A stretch of 63,925 bases of DNA, the filler included, from Kipferlia bialata (lineage: Eukaryota), in NCBI GenBank assembly GCA_003568945.1. It is 6 parts of 5 records of this genome, joined end to end, with 100 filler letters (N's around TTAATTAATTAA, not from the genome) between each part and the next. Parts side by side here need not be neighbours in the genome. Positions count along the whole stretch, not along the records: positions 1 to 8,263 come from BDIP01000401.1; positions 8,364 to 15,654 come from BDIP01000401.1; 4 more parts are not named here. The stretch is one strand, 5' to 3'. The notes under the pieces were generated by a model, which was not told the DNA's origin, did no database searches, and worked only from the letters and a program-made list of their open reading frames with translations. Position 1 is the stretch's first letter; each line of letters starts with the position of its first letter. The position numbers and the translations under genes were made by a program. Below are positions 1 through 12,768 of this stretch, one piece after another.

Positions 1-14
1 TCTCTCTCTCCCAG

Positions 15-353
15 GGATGGATGTTTGACGGAGAGGTTCCTGCCATGAAGATGGATTTCTTCGTCACTGAGACTTCACACTTTGGTGTTGGACGATTCAT
101 TGTTATTAGTCAAAGAACGATGTCAGGCTCTACCGCGTGGTCACTATACGACACCATATCGGGGGAGTGTGCAAGACTCCCTGAGTATCAGTCTCAGTAT
201 GATTTCACAGCCGTCTTCACACCTGCCCTAGCTGTACTCTCTACTGATCCTCCTGCTCTGCACTACATTGACCCTGCACTGGTGTACCCACACCATGAAA
301 TGAGGTGGGGCATAATACCACCTTGTGACGTAGTGACAACTGAGGATGATTAA
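15..353 (+). CDS. Terminal exon of a 5'-truncated gene; probable kelch/beta-propeller-like lineage-specific protein
   Basis: (CT)n-CCCAG acceptor ends at 14, then an open frame to TAA at 353. Beta-strand-rich sequence ending ...LYDTISGEC...IDPALVYPHHEMRW. Family call is from recollection of similar C-termini, not a search. Confidence 0.45.
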   Translation, partial: GWMFDGEVPAMKMDFFVTETSHFGVGRFIVISQRTMSGSTAWSLYDTISGECARLPEYQSQYDFTAVFTPALAVLSTDPPALHYIDPALVYPHHEMRWGIIPPCDVVTTEDD

Positions 354-741
354 CATAATGATGGAGAGAATGAATGTGTGACTAATTGAATAGGGATAAT
401 AGACTTTCCGACTTTGAGTGAAGGAAGAGTGTGGAAGGTTTATAGTGCTAGGGTGGAAGGAAGATGCGTGTATACTGTCTTTCATCATGAGTACAGGTCT
501 ATGTTACATGTACAACCTGGTAGAAGCGTCGGGACATCCAGCTACCGATTATCAGTCTGATACTTCTACTAATGCTTCTGGGTCTCAACACTCCCACTAC
601 TAGTGGGTGACACATTTAGTCTTTACTACACTTCCTGCAAACGACCAATTGATTGAAGACCTCAACTGGAAGGTGTCGAAATGACACCGTAAACTATACA
701 GCACAAATGTCCAGCAACAGCACCAAGTCCTTTCACACACA

Positions 742-2072
742 ATGTATAGTAGAGTTAGGTCTCCCGTTACTTCTCTAGAGGGTGTCAATGTGTACCACAA
801 CGGTATTGCACAGAGACAACAGGAGAAGGAAAGGGAGAGGAAGGAAGGCAATGCAAGAAGGCGCATTCAGAGTCCGAGAGACGAACTTGTCAACAGTGTC
901 AGTCATGCGTTGATGGCAGTGGTCTCCGTGCCCTTTTCGTACTCCCTGGTTGCTCAGGCAATTTCACAAGGGGACAGTGTTGCTGTGACAGGTATGTCCC
1001 TATCTCTCTGTTCCCCTCTTGCTGTCCGCTGATGACCCGTAGACTGGTGCTTCCCATGAATATGATATAGGGATATTTCTCATTGTAGGTACTGTAGTCT
1101 TTGCTGTCTCCGTGTTCCTCCTGTACCTGACCTCTGCTCTCTACCACGGGGTGCCTACACGCTCTGCCACACTGAAGGCCAAGATGCGACTACTTGACAA
1201 CTCCGCCATTTACCTGCTGATTGCGGGTACGTATACCGTTAACCCTTAGTGTATAACATAATCTTCTAGACTCACTCTCTTCCTCATCGTCTTTGAGTTC
1301 TAAACCTCTATATGCAGGAGGCTTTCACACTGAAGGCACATACACCCCCTTCATCCTCGGTGTCCTGTCTGACCCATGGAGATGGATTGGACTGGCACTC
1401 ATGTGGGTGGAAAGAACTGTGTACACACAATGAACATTAGTGATAGTCAACCACACTTCTCCTCAATATATAGGCATACATTTGACTCCCCTCTCACTAT
1501 AGGTGGTTATTGGCTATTGCTGGCGTCACCTATAAGATTGTTGGGAATCTGGCATATCGGTCAAAGGTAATGAGACACTTACCCTATCAGATTGCATGGT
1601 ATTCAAGTATGTCATTCCCGATGAACGAGTATTGTTAATACACACATAATAATAGGTGTCTGGTGCCCTCTACCTGTGCATGGGCTGGATAGGCATTGTA
1701 GGCATCAAGCCACTGTTGGACACTGTGCCTCTCGCTGGTGTGTTCTGGGTTGTCGGTGGAGGGCTCTGTTACTCAGTAGGTACGCAAATAGTATTGAATA
1801 GGTTCGTAGCTTATACTTCTCATAGGTGTAGTGTTCATAGCCAATGACCACCGCTTCCTCTTCGGCCACCTTATATGATACTGATACTGATAATCAGTCC
1901 GATTCTTATAATTTAGTGTGGGATATATATACTGGAATATGACTTCTAATGGACAGGCGTCATCTTCATTGCCAACGACCACCGCTTCCTCTTCTGTCAC
2001 CTTATATGGCACATGGCAGTCATAGGGGGCACAGCGTGTCACTATATGGCCATCTCCATACTGATTGGATAG
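742..2072 (+). CDS. Hemolysin-III / PAQR family 7-TM membrane protein (YqfA/TrhA-like)
   Basis: Exons 742-991, 1089-1226, 1336-1402, 1503-1566, 1656-1779, 1957-2072 join in frame. Motifs ELVNSVSH, SALYH, LLDNSAIYLLIAGTYTPF, LYLCMGW, GGLCYSVG, HLIWH and CHY match the HlyIII family. Confidence 0.92.
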
Positions 2073-2513
2073 TCAGTATCATACTGATTCAGTATGTCCT
2101 TGGCAATAGGAGGCCAGCTAGTGAAATGCGTAATCAGAGATATCAGGAGTGATAGGAGGCACATCGTGCCACTATATGGCCATCTCAATACTTGTGGGGG
2201 TTTTGCAGCCCAAGTAGGGTTACGCTTGTACATTATTTGAAATCCAAGTTTTGAATCACAGTCACAGTGGGGATATCAATGGTTGTGAATACATAATGAT
2301 GGAATCTCACTACACTTCACGTAGAAGGCTTTATGGGGTGACTAAATTGTGAATAGACTCCTTTCACATTCACTGTGAGTCTACAAACACTTAGAACGAA
2401 ACACGCAGTTACATATTTAGGAGTGGCAAAGGGGTCTAAAGGTTTTTGTTCCTTGCTGGAATCACACCGATCTGCCTCTCTCTTTGACATACATCCAAAT
2501 CTGGACTGAGACA

Positions 2514-2786
2514 ATGGGTGTAGCGCCCCTGTTGTGGCTCAGTCTGCTCTGTGTACTACACCCTGTGCTAGGGAAGTATGAGACAGAGCCGAATCCCTTT
2601 TCCTCCAGCACGCATGATCAGGTGTGATTGTACTGACATATAGTAATACAAGTTCTCTCTCTCTATTCCTCTCACGACCCTGTCTTTCTTCTAGCCACAT
2701 GGTCAGTTGTGATTAGGAACACACTACCCCTCTCTGTCGCCCCCCTCCCCCCCCACAATTAGTTCTTTCATATCGAGGATTAAGTA

Positions 2787-2817
<31 letters not shown>

Positions 2818-2835
2818 CCCCCCCTCTCTCCCCCC

Positions 2836-2867
<32 letters not shown>

Positions 2868-4568
2868 ACCTCAGGTCTATGCCTTTGGAGGGTCCACCCC
2901 AGATGGCACCCTCTATGTGTACTCTCTCCCCTCTGACACCTGGGATACAAGAGTATACACTGCACCCCCAGACCAGGAGGACAAGCCGGACTTCGACTTC
3001 TGTGCGTGGGGCAAGCTGCTCTCTCTCTCGCTATGTCTCAGGACTTCTGACATTTCTAGTGATATACGATGTCCCTCCTCTGTACTCCTTTCTGTCAGGG
3101 TCTCCCTGTCAGAGATGCTATGAATTGACAAGACGAGGCTCTCTGTATGTCTCTCTGACATCAGCTGGCTATGCCCTTGATCCCAATGGGGGATACTGCT
3201 ATGAGGGGTTGGAGCCACACATGCTGCCGTTCAGTGGAAGGTGGGTGGGGTGTGTGTATGTGTATGAGACGTGATAGTTCATTAATTGTCCTGTATGGCC
3301 TCTTCACACACAGGAACAGGCCTGTGCTGTGTGCTCTGGACGGTAGACTGATGGTATTGGGAGGTAACGCAGAGAATGGGTATTACTTCTGTCATCTTTC
3401 CCATGATCCCATCTGCCACTATCTGTGACACTCCCCCTAACTGTGACAGGAGGCGACCAGTACTGCAACCCTGTCCTAGGGGGTGTGAGTGTGTATGACC
3501 CTGACTCAGACACATGGGGGGCGGGGGCATTGTGGTACGTGACCTTGGGTGTATATGTACATATGTACATCTGCATGCACTCACCATAACCGTTGGTACC
3601 CTGTACAAATAGTCTCTGTTCCCTACCCCAGGCAGGAGTGTGGTTATAACACCCCCCACTGTACCATAGGCGATACCCTCTATGCAGACTCGATGTACCA
3701 TGGACTGAGTGCATTCTCCTTCACATCCCCACCCAATGGTCAGCGTGCAGTATCTACCCCAGACCCCACCTCCCCTGTTGGTCACTGGACCCCTCTCCTC
3801 TATCCCTCTGGTCTCCATAGTATGGCGGTCAGGGGCAGCACACAGGTGCGTGCCATACCAGGGTTATATGTATGTGTCAGCAACAGACAAGATACAACTG
3901 GAAATGTCGTGAGTGCAGGTCGACCAAACCTAATAGGTTTAACCTATACATGCCCTCACGCCAGGCCATAGGCAGGCTGATGGTGACTGTGTTTAAGGAT
4001 AGGGTCAGGGTATTAGACACGGTATGTGCCTTGCATTGATAGTATGGCATACGATGTTGACAACATGATAGTATGCTCACTGCCACTCTGATATGATGTC
4101 ACGTCCAGTCATGCAGTGTCTCACCCTAGGTCTCCCTGGGTGTCACATGGTTCCATGGGTGCATATGTTGGGAGCCCAATGACGAGGTACACCCACTATC
4201 TAGTGTACACTACATACACTCACCCACCCCAGAGATACATTTCCTTACACCCCCCTCAGCTTGTGGGTAGTGAGGGTGGGGCCTCCCTCCTCATCGACTA
4301 CACCCAGTGCCCCCCTGTGCACATAGCCAGGGTCAGGGAGGACATGGTGTACCCCTGTATGCACACCGACAGAGAGGGAGAGGACAGGGCCATGTGGACA
4401 GAGGGCAAGGCTGACCCCAGGGATGAGGGTATGGAGGAAGAGGATGATGTGGACCCTGAGTACTCATACGAGTACTCGACTTCAGAGGAAACCTCAGAGG
4501 AGCCGGTGCGCTACGTCATCCCGTCTGACTCATCTGAATACTCAGATGAGACGGACTCAGAGACCTAG
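2514..4568 (+). CDS. Multi-exon kelch-repeat-like protein with hydrophobic N-terminus and acidic C-terminal tail
   Basis: ATG 2514 (MGVAPLLWLSLLCVL...) splices in phase 0 to 2875 VYAFGGSTPDGTLYVYSLPSDTW; later LDGRLMVLGGN. Last exon is acidic (EEEDDVDPEYSYEYSTSEE...) with TAG at 4568. Internal exons not all resolved. Confidence 0.55.
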
Positions 4569-5086
4569 ACTCTAGGGTAGAGTGTGGGGTTCACTTCAAT
4601 GGCATGTAAGACCCACCCATCACACTCCGAGTCAGAGCCGATATGGAGGCAGGGACTGATACTGAGCACTGCAAGCAGTGCTACATAACTATAGTTATAC
4701 TCCGTGCGAGACATAAGATCAAGTTGCTATGGACACAGAGCCTTGGTTGCATCGAGGCACCATACACAACTGACAACCCTCTATTGTGCCTCTATGTGTG
4801 CACACGTTCAGAACCAATTACGCTCCCCATACCAGGATTCTCCACACACATATGGAGACTCTCATAAGTTCAATGTTCCAATATACCCCAATATACCAGA
4901 AGACATCCTAAAACCATCAGACGAAGCTATTTACTACGATAAGAACACAGTAGCATAAAAAGAGAAGTGAACACGACTAACTAAGCACGGCAGCAACTAA
5001 ACCAACACTACCTGACTGGCAGACAATAACAACAACACGAAACACAATACTGACACCAACGGTGCCATGGATGGGGGATATACCCC

Positions 5087-8000
5087 TCACTGGATGAACT
5101 GCCTGCGCCTGATCTGCTTGTTCTCAGCCGTGGCCATCTCCCTGTACATCCGCTTCTTGGCCTCCTTGCCCTTGGAGGACAGGACGGGCTTCTCCAGGGC
5201 CTCCTTGGCCAGCCTCTTCTTCCTGGCCTCCCTCTTCTTGTGCTCCTCCTTCTCCCTGGCCTTCCTGACAGTATGGACTGCAGAGAGCAGGGTGTCGTCT
5301 CGGCGCTGCTCGTCGGATATGACGGTGCGGCCCTTGAGGTATCCGTTGAGCTTTGCCTTGTACTTGGGCTTGGACTGGAAGGGGAGGGCCGCGGCAAGCT
5401 TCTTGGGCACCTGGGGGTCAAGGCGAGAATGGATATACATAACAACTATTCATTGATGATATACACATACACACCTTGAGGTTGGCCTTTCTGTCAGGGG
5501 GCCTCTCCCCGACCTCCTTGTAGACGGAGGATGGCTTGAAGGGCACTGTCTGCTCCGTGTCCATCCTGATCTGGGCCCTGGACCGGAGGAGCGGCACATC
5601 GTCTGAGAGGTGGTTCTGGACATGGACGGCAAAGCCACGGACCTGGGGGTGAGAAGTGGGGGGGCGGAACAATAGGGTCTATATATATCCCTCACCTTGA
5701 CTGGAACCCAGGTGCTTGCAAACACGACATCACTGAGCTGCACCCTGTCCTCGAAGGTGGCCCTGACCCTGCCCGTGTCATCGACTGCCTTCTTGACTAT
5801 GCCTCTAAGGCCGGACTGGGTACGCACACCGATGCCCTGGAAGATGGAGGCCTCCTCCTGGGGGGTGAGAGGGGGGGGGGGGTCCCTGAACACATATGTG
5901 ATATAGATGCCAGTCTAGATACACAATACCTGGCTGCTGAAGAGGCCTCTGACCACGGCAGTGTTCTTGTGGATCTTGTCGGGGTATCCGATCAGCTTCA
6001 GCCTCTTCCTAATAGGGGGCTGGGCAGAGGTTGACAGAGCAACACCAGTCCAGGCAACTCTGTGGTGAGAGGGGTCAACTATAATATATCCATGTGAGAG
6101 CCAGTAATATATGTGCATATACATACCTGAAGTTGGCCGATGTCTCACTGGTGTTGTGGATAGCCATGACTGCAGTGTTGGGGGTCACACCTGGGGTGTA
6201 AGGGAGAGTGTAAAGAACACAGTTGAAATACACATATAGTAATTCCCACTCCACCGCACCTGGGCATGGGAAGTGTGTCTCGCAGTGACTGTTCCTCGGT
6301 GTGTACTTGAGGAACACGCCCTCGTTCTTGACAGACGAGTAGAGGGGGATGGACTGCAGTCTGTACCAGCCCACACTCACAATCAGGGGGTCCTCAAACC
6401 TAGGCGTCAGTCACGTCACAGGTACAAACATTATGTGATACACAAACTACCGACCTGAAGATGCGCCCACACCATCTGTGTGGCTTGACCCTAGCTGTCA
6501 CCACGGTGTCGGTGCCTCCAAACACACTGCCCAGGATAAGGGGGGCAGTCCCTGTGTAGGTGGCCAGGAGCTCGGCTGGCACGCCCTGAAGGGTGAATAT
6601 GAGTATGTGGGATGATATAGTAATATCAGTCAGACATCTGCACACAAATAAGTAATATCACTACCCTACCTGCAGCAAGACCCTGCAGTATGTGCCCTCC
6701 TCCAGGGACCCGTCCTTGAACGACCTGTTGGCCTCCTTGATGGCCTTCTGCCTCTCTCTCTTGTCGTCATCGAACTTCGTGTCCATCTCCTCTCCCTCCT
6801 CCTCCTCCCCGTACCCCTGGCCCACCCCGGCCTCTCCCATGGGCACCTCATCGTTCTCAAGGGCGTCCTTGATGGCCTGGTCGTCCTCAGCCTCAGCGGC
6901 CCAGTCGCCAGTCACAAAGAAGCGCTTGAACCTGGCCTCCACTCCAGCTGCACCCTGGGCCTTCTCCTCTCCCTCCTCTCCCTCCTCTCCCTCCTCGGAG
7001 TCCATCTCAGCTGGGGGGTACCTGTATGCACTGCCATCCCACTCTAGAGGGGTAGTGGCAGCAGCCACAGACACGGGGAGAGAGGGGTCGCTGGTCTTGG
7101 CCCCGTCCTCCTCCTCGTCCTCCGTCTTGCCAAACACAGACTGGCGGTCAGAGGGAGTAAGGCACATATGAGTATGAGAGAGTACTATATCCACTACCGC
7201 ACCTGGTCCTTGTTGACGGAGTCTGCCCCCTGCAGGTGTGCATTGAGCAGTGCCTCGAGGCCTCTGCTCACCCTGCTGCCCTGCTTGGATGTAGAGACAG
7301 GGGCATCAGCACCGGCGCCGGCCTCCTTGCCCTCGGGTGTGGCCTTGGCGATGTCACAGCCTGGGTCCACAAGCTCCCCAGACATCACCAGCCTCCTGTA
7401 CACATCACCCGAGTCAACTGGGGCATAGACCAGAGACTGCAGCCTGGCCCTGGCCTTGAGCAGCTGGTAGGTCACGGTGTCATCGTCCTGGGGCTCCTTC
7501 TCTGCCTCCTCCTTCCTGCCCTTCTCCTTCTCAGCCTCCTTCTTGTCCTCCTCCTCACTCTCCTCCTCCTCTACCACCTCTGCCTCCTGCTGCTCCTCCA
7601 TCTTGAGCACTGCCTCCCCACTAGCATTGAAGGATACTCCCTGGATGGCAGAGAGGTCGATGCCCTCGCGCTCCAGCACCCCCTCCTCGCCCCTCTCCCT
7701 CTCGTCCTCGCTGTCCTCCTCCTCCTCTCCCTCCCCCTGCCTCTGGCCCACAGCATTCAGCTGCTGGGACACAGACATCGACATGCCTAAGGTAAGGGGA
7801 AGGTTGGTAAAGAATCAGATAGATAGAACCACATTTACAAACATATGTCCGTACCTGCCATGAGGCTGAAGGGTGCCTCAGCCCCATCACTCTCCTCCTC
7901 ACTCTCCTCCTCCTGCACTGGGGCAATGGGCTTGGCAGCAGCCTGGTTGGCAGGCATGGTGATGTATACAGCATCTCTGTCGTAGAGCAGGTCTCCCTGG

Positions 8001-8199
8001 CCAGCCATGGGGGCATACAGCTTGTTCTGCTTCCTGGAGGTGAGTGGGAACGACTATACAATATAGATATCCGTAATACATATATGATGTACCTGGAAGC
8101 ATCGAGACCCTCTGAGTCTCCCTCCATGCCCCTCTTCTTGAGCAGGGGGCAGGGGTCAGGCAGGGCGGTGATGCCAGCCGGCTCAAAGGGACCAACACC
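5087..8199 (-). CDS. BMS1: Ribosome biogenesis GTPase BMS1, C-terminal part (5' end lost at contig edge)
   Basis: Spliced motifs VGPF..LPDPCP, KLYAPMAGQGDLLYDRDAVYI, long acidic region, GTYCRVLLQGVP, RVKPHRW, DPLIVSVGWYRLQSIPLY, LKYTP, KLIGYPDKIHKNTAVVRGLFSS, RTQSGLRGIVKKA, RATFEDRVQLSDVVF, and a basic C-terminal tail typical of BMS1 rather than TSR1. Confidence 0.92.
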
Positions 8200-8263
8200 T
8201 GGGGGTTAGGCACCACTAACGTTGGGGGGGGGGGGGGGGGACTGTAACTGCATGTCTCCTCCC

Positions 8264-8363
8264 NNNNNNNNNNNNNNNNNNNNNNNNNNNNNNNNNNNNN
8301 NNNNNNNTTAATTAATTAANNNNNNNNNNNNNNNNNNNNNNNNNNNNNNNNNNNNNNNNNNNN
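8264..8363. other. Artificial contig-joining linker (N44-TTAATTAATTAA-N44)
   Basis: Exactly 100 nt with a six-frame stop core; the same structure recurs five times in the window. Confidence 0.97.
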
Positions 8364-8419
8364 GTCTCAGATGGCTATCCTGAACCAGTTTCTTCCCCCC
8401 CCCCCCTCCCCACCCCCAG

Positions 8420-10482
8420 GTCTGGATACCACCCTGACCACTACTCAGACCCAGCCATCTGGGAGGGATACGCTCTGGTGCGTGTGGTGTGGCTATATAT
8501 ATATACATATACACCTATGATTATTATGTGGTGATGTTTGTGGAGGGGTAGACTGATACTCTGTACATGCTGTATCCGTGCCACTCTGACTGATACTCTC
8601 TCTCCCCCTCACCTTTCTGTCCCCTTGGCTTACCCCAGGCTGCCCAGTCCAGCTGCATCCTGGTGCCCAGCCCTGGCATGCTCCTGCTCAACAGCAAGAG
8701 GGTGCAGCAGGTATTGGTGTATTCTTATATACTATATAGATATAATAGATATGCTCAGCAAGAGGGTGCAGCAGGTGAGTGGTCCATATATATATATAAT
8801 CATAACTATATACTCATGAAGTGTGAAGTGATATGTGTGTATGTATGCTACTCGACAGCAAGAGGGTGCAGCGGGTATTGGGGTATAGATACACTCATGA
8901 TATACTAACATATTCATGTACATATGTCCAGCAAGAGGGTGCAGCAGGTGGGTTATACATGTAGACATGTATAAACAATATGGCTCATGTAGTATGTGCG
9001 TATGTGTATATCCAGCAAGATTGTACCTCAGGTAAGGATATTTTAATTCTATGTGTCATGAGTGCATTATATATATATACGTGTCAGTGTGTCCTCTATT
9101 CAGGGTTCTCATCCCCAGCGTCTGTTTGCATGTTCCCTCGACCCTTCTCTCGCTGACAGAGACTTCTTCCCCGCCAAGGCCCTCGAGCCTCTCAGGGCCA
9201 TGGCAGGTACGGCCTCTCACACCTTTGTCTCCCTCTCCATCTTCCTTCCCTCTCTCTCCCAGCCCATGTGCCCCCCAGTACCAGTATATATATCCCATAT
9301 ATATTATGTATCTGACACTGACACAGGCACCTTTGCCCCCCAGCACTGGCTGAAGGAGACATCAGCCGATGTGGTGGGTCCTGCCCTGAGGGACATGGAC
9401 ATCATAACTCGCAGGGAGAGGGGGGAGACTGTGGAGACTGGGGACAGGGTCCCTATCGAGTATGTCCTCAAGCCTGTCAGCAGGGAGGGTGGCGGACATC
9501 TGCTCTGGGGGCAGGTGGGTGTGGATAGATATGTGGGTGAAGTAACTATACCTCTCTGATATATATGGTCTTCCCCTTCTGTGTATATGCAGCATAGTGT
9601 CTCTAACCCCTCTAGGAGGTTGTCGATGTATTGGCAGCCCTGTACCCCGAGGTGTGGAGACAGATGGGGCACGCAGACATCCTGGAGGAGGTGGGTGCAA
9701 CATGGGTGGCGGATCGATATCGACATCTGGTGCCTCGGTATCAGATGTTGGTTCCTTACATACGGTTATCTCTTTTCCAATTGGCTGTAAATCATCACAG
9801 CACCGTCACTCAGTATAATAGTACAGAGGGTAGATTGCAGTGTCTCACCTGTAGGATGGAGAGAGGGCCAGGATCGAGCTGCTCTGTGAGGATGCCGGGG
9901 CCCTGTCCAAGCAGGTCTTTGTACTTATGAAGGTGGGTGTGTGTTGTCTCTTACTATCAATGCATCCACCCCACCCAACGTCATCCAGAGTGTGGGTGTG
10001 ATTTGTAGTATAGTATCATACCTATCTTATCTTCTGACACCAGGTGATCCAGAGCAAGCGTGTCCCCCTTGTCCTACTACCTGTGCATGACAAGAGACAG
10101 TCCCCAGATGGACCCCGCCCCTCACCCTTCCACGCACAGTGCACCGCAGAGATTGGCGTGTACACAGGCTTCCTCGCCTCCCACCCCTCAGGCCCAGGGG
10201 GTGACCGCACTCTGTTGAGTGGCCCCCACCACAGGGGTCTGCTCTGCAGGGTGAAGCCACTCGACGTCAGAGAGGCCGGCATATCCCTAGGTATGTGTGT
10301 ATATGTGTATATGTATCCCCATGTACCAGTTCAGTGTGTTTCAGATGAACACGGTGAGAGTGCCTGTTTCTTACACGATTACTGTCTTGATGACAGTGCT
10401 CATCTAGCCTGGTGTTATGTAACCCTCCTACCTCTCACTCTCAGGGACCGGTGCCCTAGCAGCGATGAGAATGGTGGAATAG
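8420..10482 (+). CDS. GSS: Eukaryotic-type glutathione synthetase (ATP-grasp), C-terminal half; 5' truncated
   Basis: Spliced: SGYHPDHYSDPAIW..AAQSSCILVPS..LLNSKRVQQ..YVLKPVSREGGGHLLWG..FVLMKVI..AEIGVY..GLLCRVK..EAGISLG..MVE*. These follow the order of GSS motifs R.GY.P.DY, KCP, SKKVQQ, KPQREGGGNN, YILM, SELG, GYLLRTK and EGGV. Confidence 0.85.
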
Positions 10483-11189
10483 ACAGGGTTGAACATAGGG
10501 TGCGTGAAGGGTGAAGCAGCTGATGTGCATACTGAGGTGTACTCTTGATGGGGATCCAATAGCTCATCATGGGATCAATACAGTGTACTAGCATGTGCCT
10601 ATTAGATACAGCGTACGGATTCCCTGTCACAGGGCAATATCACCTTCGATATGACTGAATATAGTAGAGTGATAGTAGTGTAGACTATATGCACTGTCTG
10701 ATCCACTCTAGACAACAAGGTGGGAGTTTATGCACACATTCAACGCTCATTATATGTCTAAGACATCATGTTTTGGTCACTTGTGGTTTCGTCACTTTCT
10801 CTCAACATATACTTGTCGTTGCCTGAAACCCGAAATATGTGTAATCAAATATCTCGGCGCAATCACACCGATGGAAACGCCATTCCATATTTTTGACTCT
10901 TGGTCTGCGACCCCATACAATCAAAAGGGACAATGTCCCCCTCTAGTGAAGGTACCTTTGTCAGAACTAAGTAGGAGAAGAGGATAAGCTACTGTAGACC
11001 AGAAATCTGAATCGTATACAGGCGACACAATACCATACGTGAAATGCAGAAAGGGTGCAAAAATGCATGAGACGAACAGCTTGACAAAACCATGCCAATC
11101 AGGCCTCTCTCTGACGCCATTGACATCTGTTAGTGTCCTCCACCCTGGCTCCGTTGTCCCACTGACCTCACCTACCTATTATTCACCAA

Positions 11190-12728
11190 ATGACGTCTTC
11201 TGCCACTTCGTCCAGCCAGGATGATTGCTCTGTAGCCATCGCGAAGCTTCCCGAGGCCACACAAGTGTACGTGTGCCTTTAGCCAATCTATTTCTCTCTG
11301 CTGACTCATATCTTACCCTCCAGATGGATCAGGAACCTTGAGAACGAGCGTCGGCAGGCGATTCTTCGCCTCCGGGGTGTCAGCTCTAAGGTTCAGGGTC
11401 TGAAGGAGCTCCAGAAGGTCATGCGCCGCCAGGTTGTGAACCTGAGGGCCAAGGAGCGGGAGCTGATAGCCGCTAAGATCGCAGCTGAGGCCAGTCAGAG
11501 GTCCCAGTCCCCCCCCTCCTCCCAGACTGACAACCCCGAGGAGCCGTCTCTCTTCTCCCCTGCCACTTTTGAGACCGCAGACCTCGACAGGGACGGGTCC
11601 GGCAGCATGAGCGTGCACTCCCTGAGGGCCCCGTCGCCCCAGTCACAGTCCTTGGGCAGCGCAGGATTCCCTGCTGGCTGGAGGACAGGTACACAGTTGT
11701 TTGTGTGATATGTAGTGTATGTGTGTGTTTGATTATATTTAGCCATCAAGTGTACCAGGTGGGGCTAGTGGGCGTGAGAGGCTCTATACTGCAGCGTAGG
11801 GGTATGTGTTGTGATCATGTGTATCAGCACCATGTGTGTGGCTCATAGTATTGTGTCGATTGACCCTCACCCCCAGGCAACATCTTCACCCCTTCCCCGT
11901 CCCCCCTAGGCTACAACCAGCCCCTCTCTGGCCCCAGGAGCGTGACATCCACGTCACTCTCTGCCGCAGGTATGGATGTGTGTGTATTCTTCTCGTGTGT
12001 TCCCTAACTGCTAGGGCATATCTATATCTGACTTCATTCCCTCGATACCACCCCCGACCTCTCTCCCTCCCTCACCCCAGGTATTGCCGCCAACCTGGCC
12101 AGGAACACCAGGCACAAGCACCAGCTGGATGACATGGACGTGGAGAGAGAGCTGGAGATGGAGATGGAGATGGAGAGGGGGAGGGAGAGCCCCACCCCAG
12201 CCGTGTGGGGTCGCACCCGTGACTCCCAGACCACCCCACCTCCCCCTGGCTTCGGACCAGGTATCAATGCCTATATACTATTGATTTGTATGTACGAGGA
12301 CTATCAGCTGCATATACATCTCTCTCTCCCACGCCCTGACCCCCAGTGCGTGAGCGCAGCAGAGAGAGGCTTGTCAGTGCCCACCAGATGTCCTCCATGG
12401 GCGCTGCCTCCCGCCCCGCCCCCCGCGTCTCCTCCATGTCTACCTCTGGGTCTCTGTCCATGGGAGGGAGGGGCATCAACACCACCTTCCGCACCTCCAA
12501 GTCCAGAGAGAACCCCATGCCCTCCCTGCACCCTATGCACTCGAGTGTATCTGTTGGGGATGTGGTTGAGAGGGAGCTGGGGGGTGAGAGGGACACCTCT
12601 GACTCCGACACCTCCTCCCACACCCACCAGCCCAAGGCACCCGTGACACCCCAGGCCCTGGCCGTGGCATCCACACACCTCACACAGACAGGAGGTGGGT
12701 TGCATACTGTGGGTGTGGGTGTGGTAAT

Positions 12729-12768
<40 letters not shown>

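Noticed and set aside
2695..2701. Possible 7-nt micro-exon (TAG|CCACATG|GTCAGT)
   Set aside because: Including it shifts the frame of the kelch-like gene as modelled; direct phase-0 splicing 2621>2875 works without it.
8308..8319. Palindromic TTAATTAATTAA recurring five times (could suggest piggyBac TTAA sites or a regulatory motif)
   Set aside because: Always centred in exactly 44+44 Ns: an artificial six-frame-stop linker. Gene adjacency across these linkers is not biological.
8690..9040. Repeat-spacer-like pattern resembling a CRISPR array
   Set aside because: The repeats copy the adjacent exon end and donor, are degenerate, have low-complexity related spacers, and no cas genes are present in this eukaryotic context.
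10690..11030. AT-richer intergenic segment reminiscent of a non-autonomous DNA transposon
   Set aside because: No convincing terminal inverted repeats, TSD or transposase remnant seen; a genome-wide copy search would be needed.
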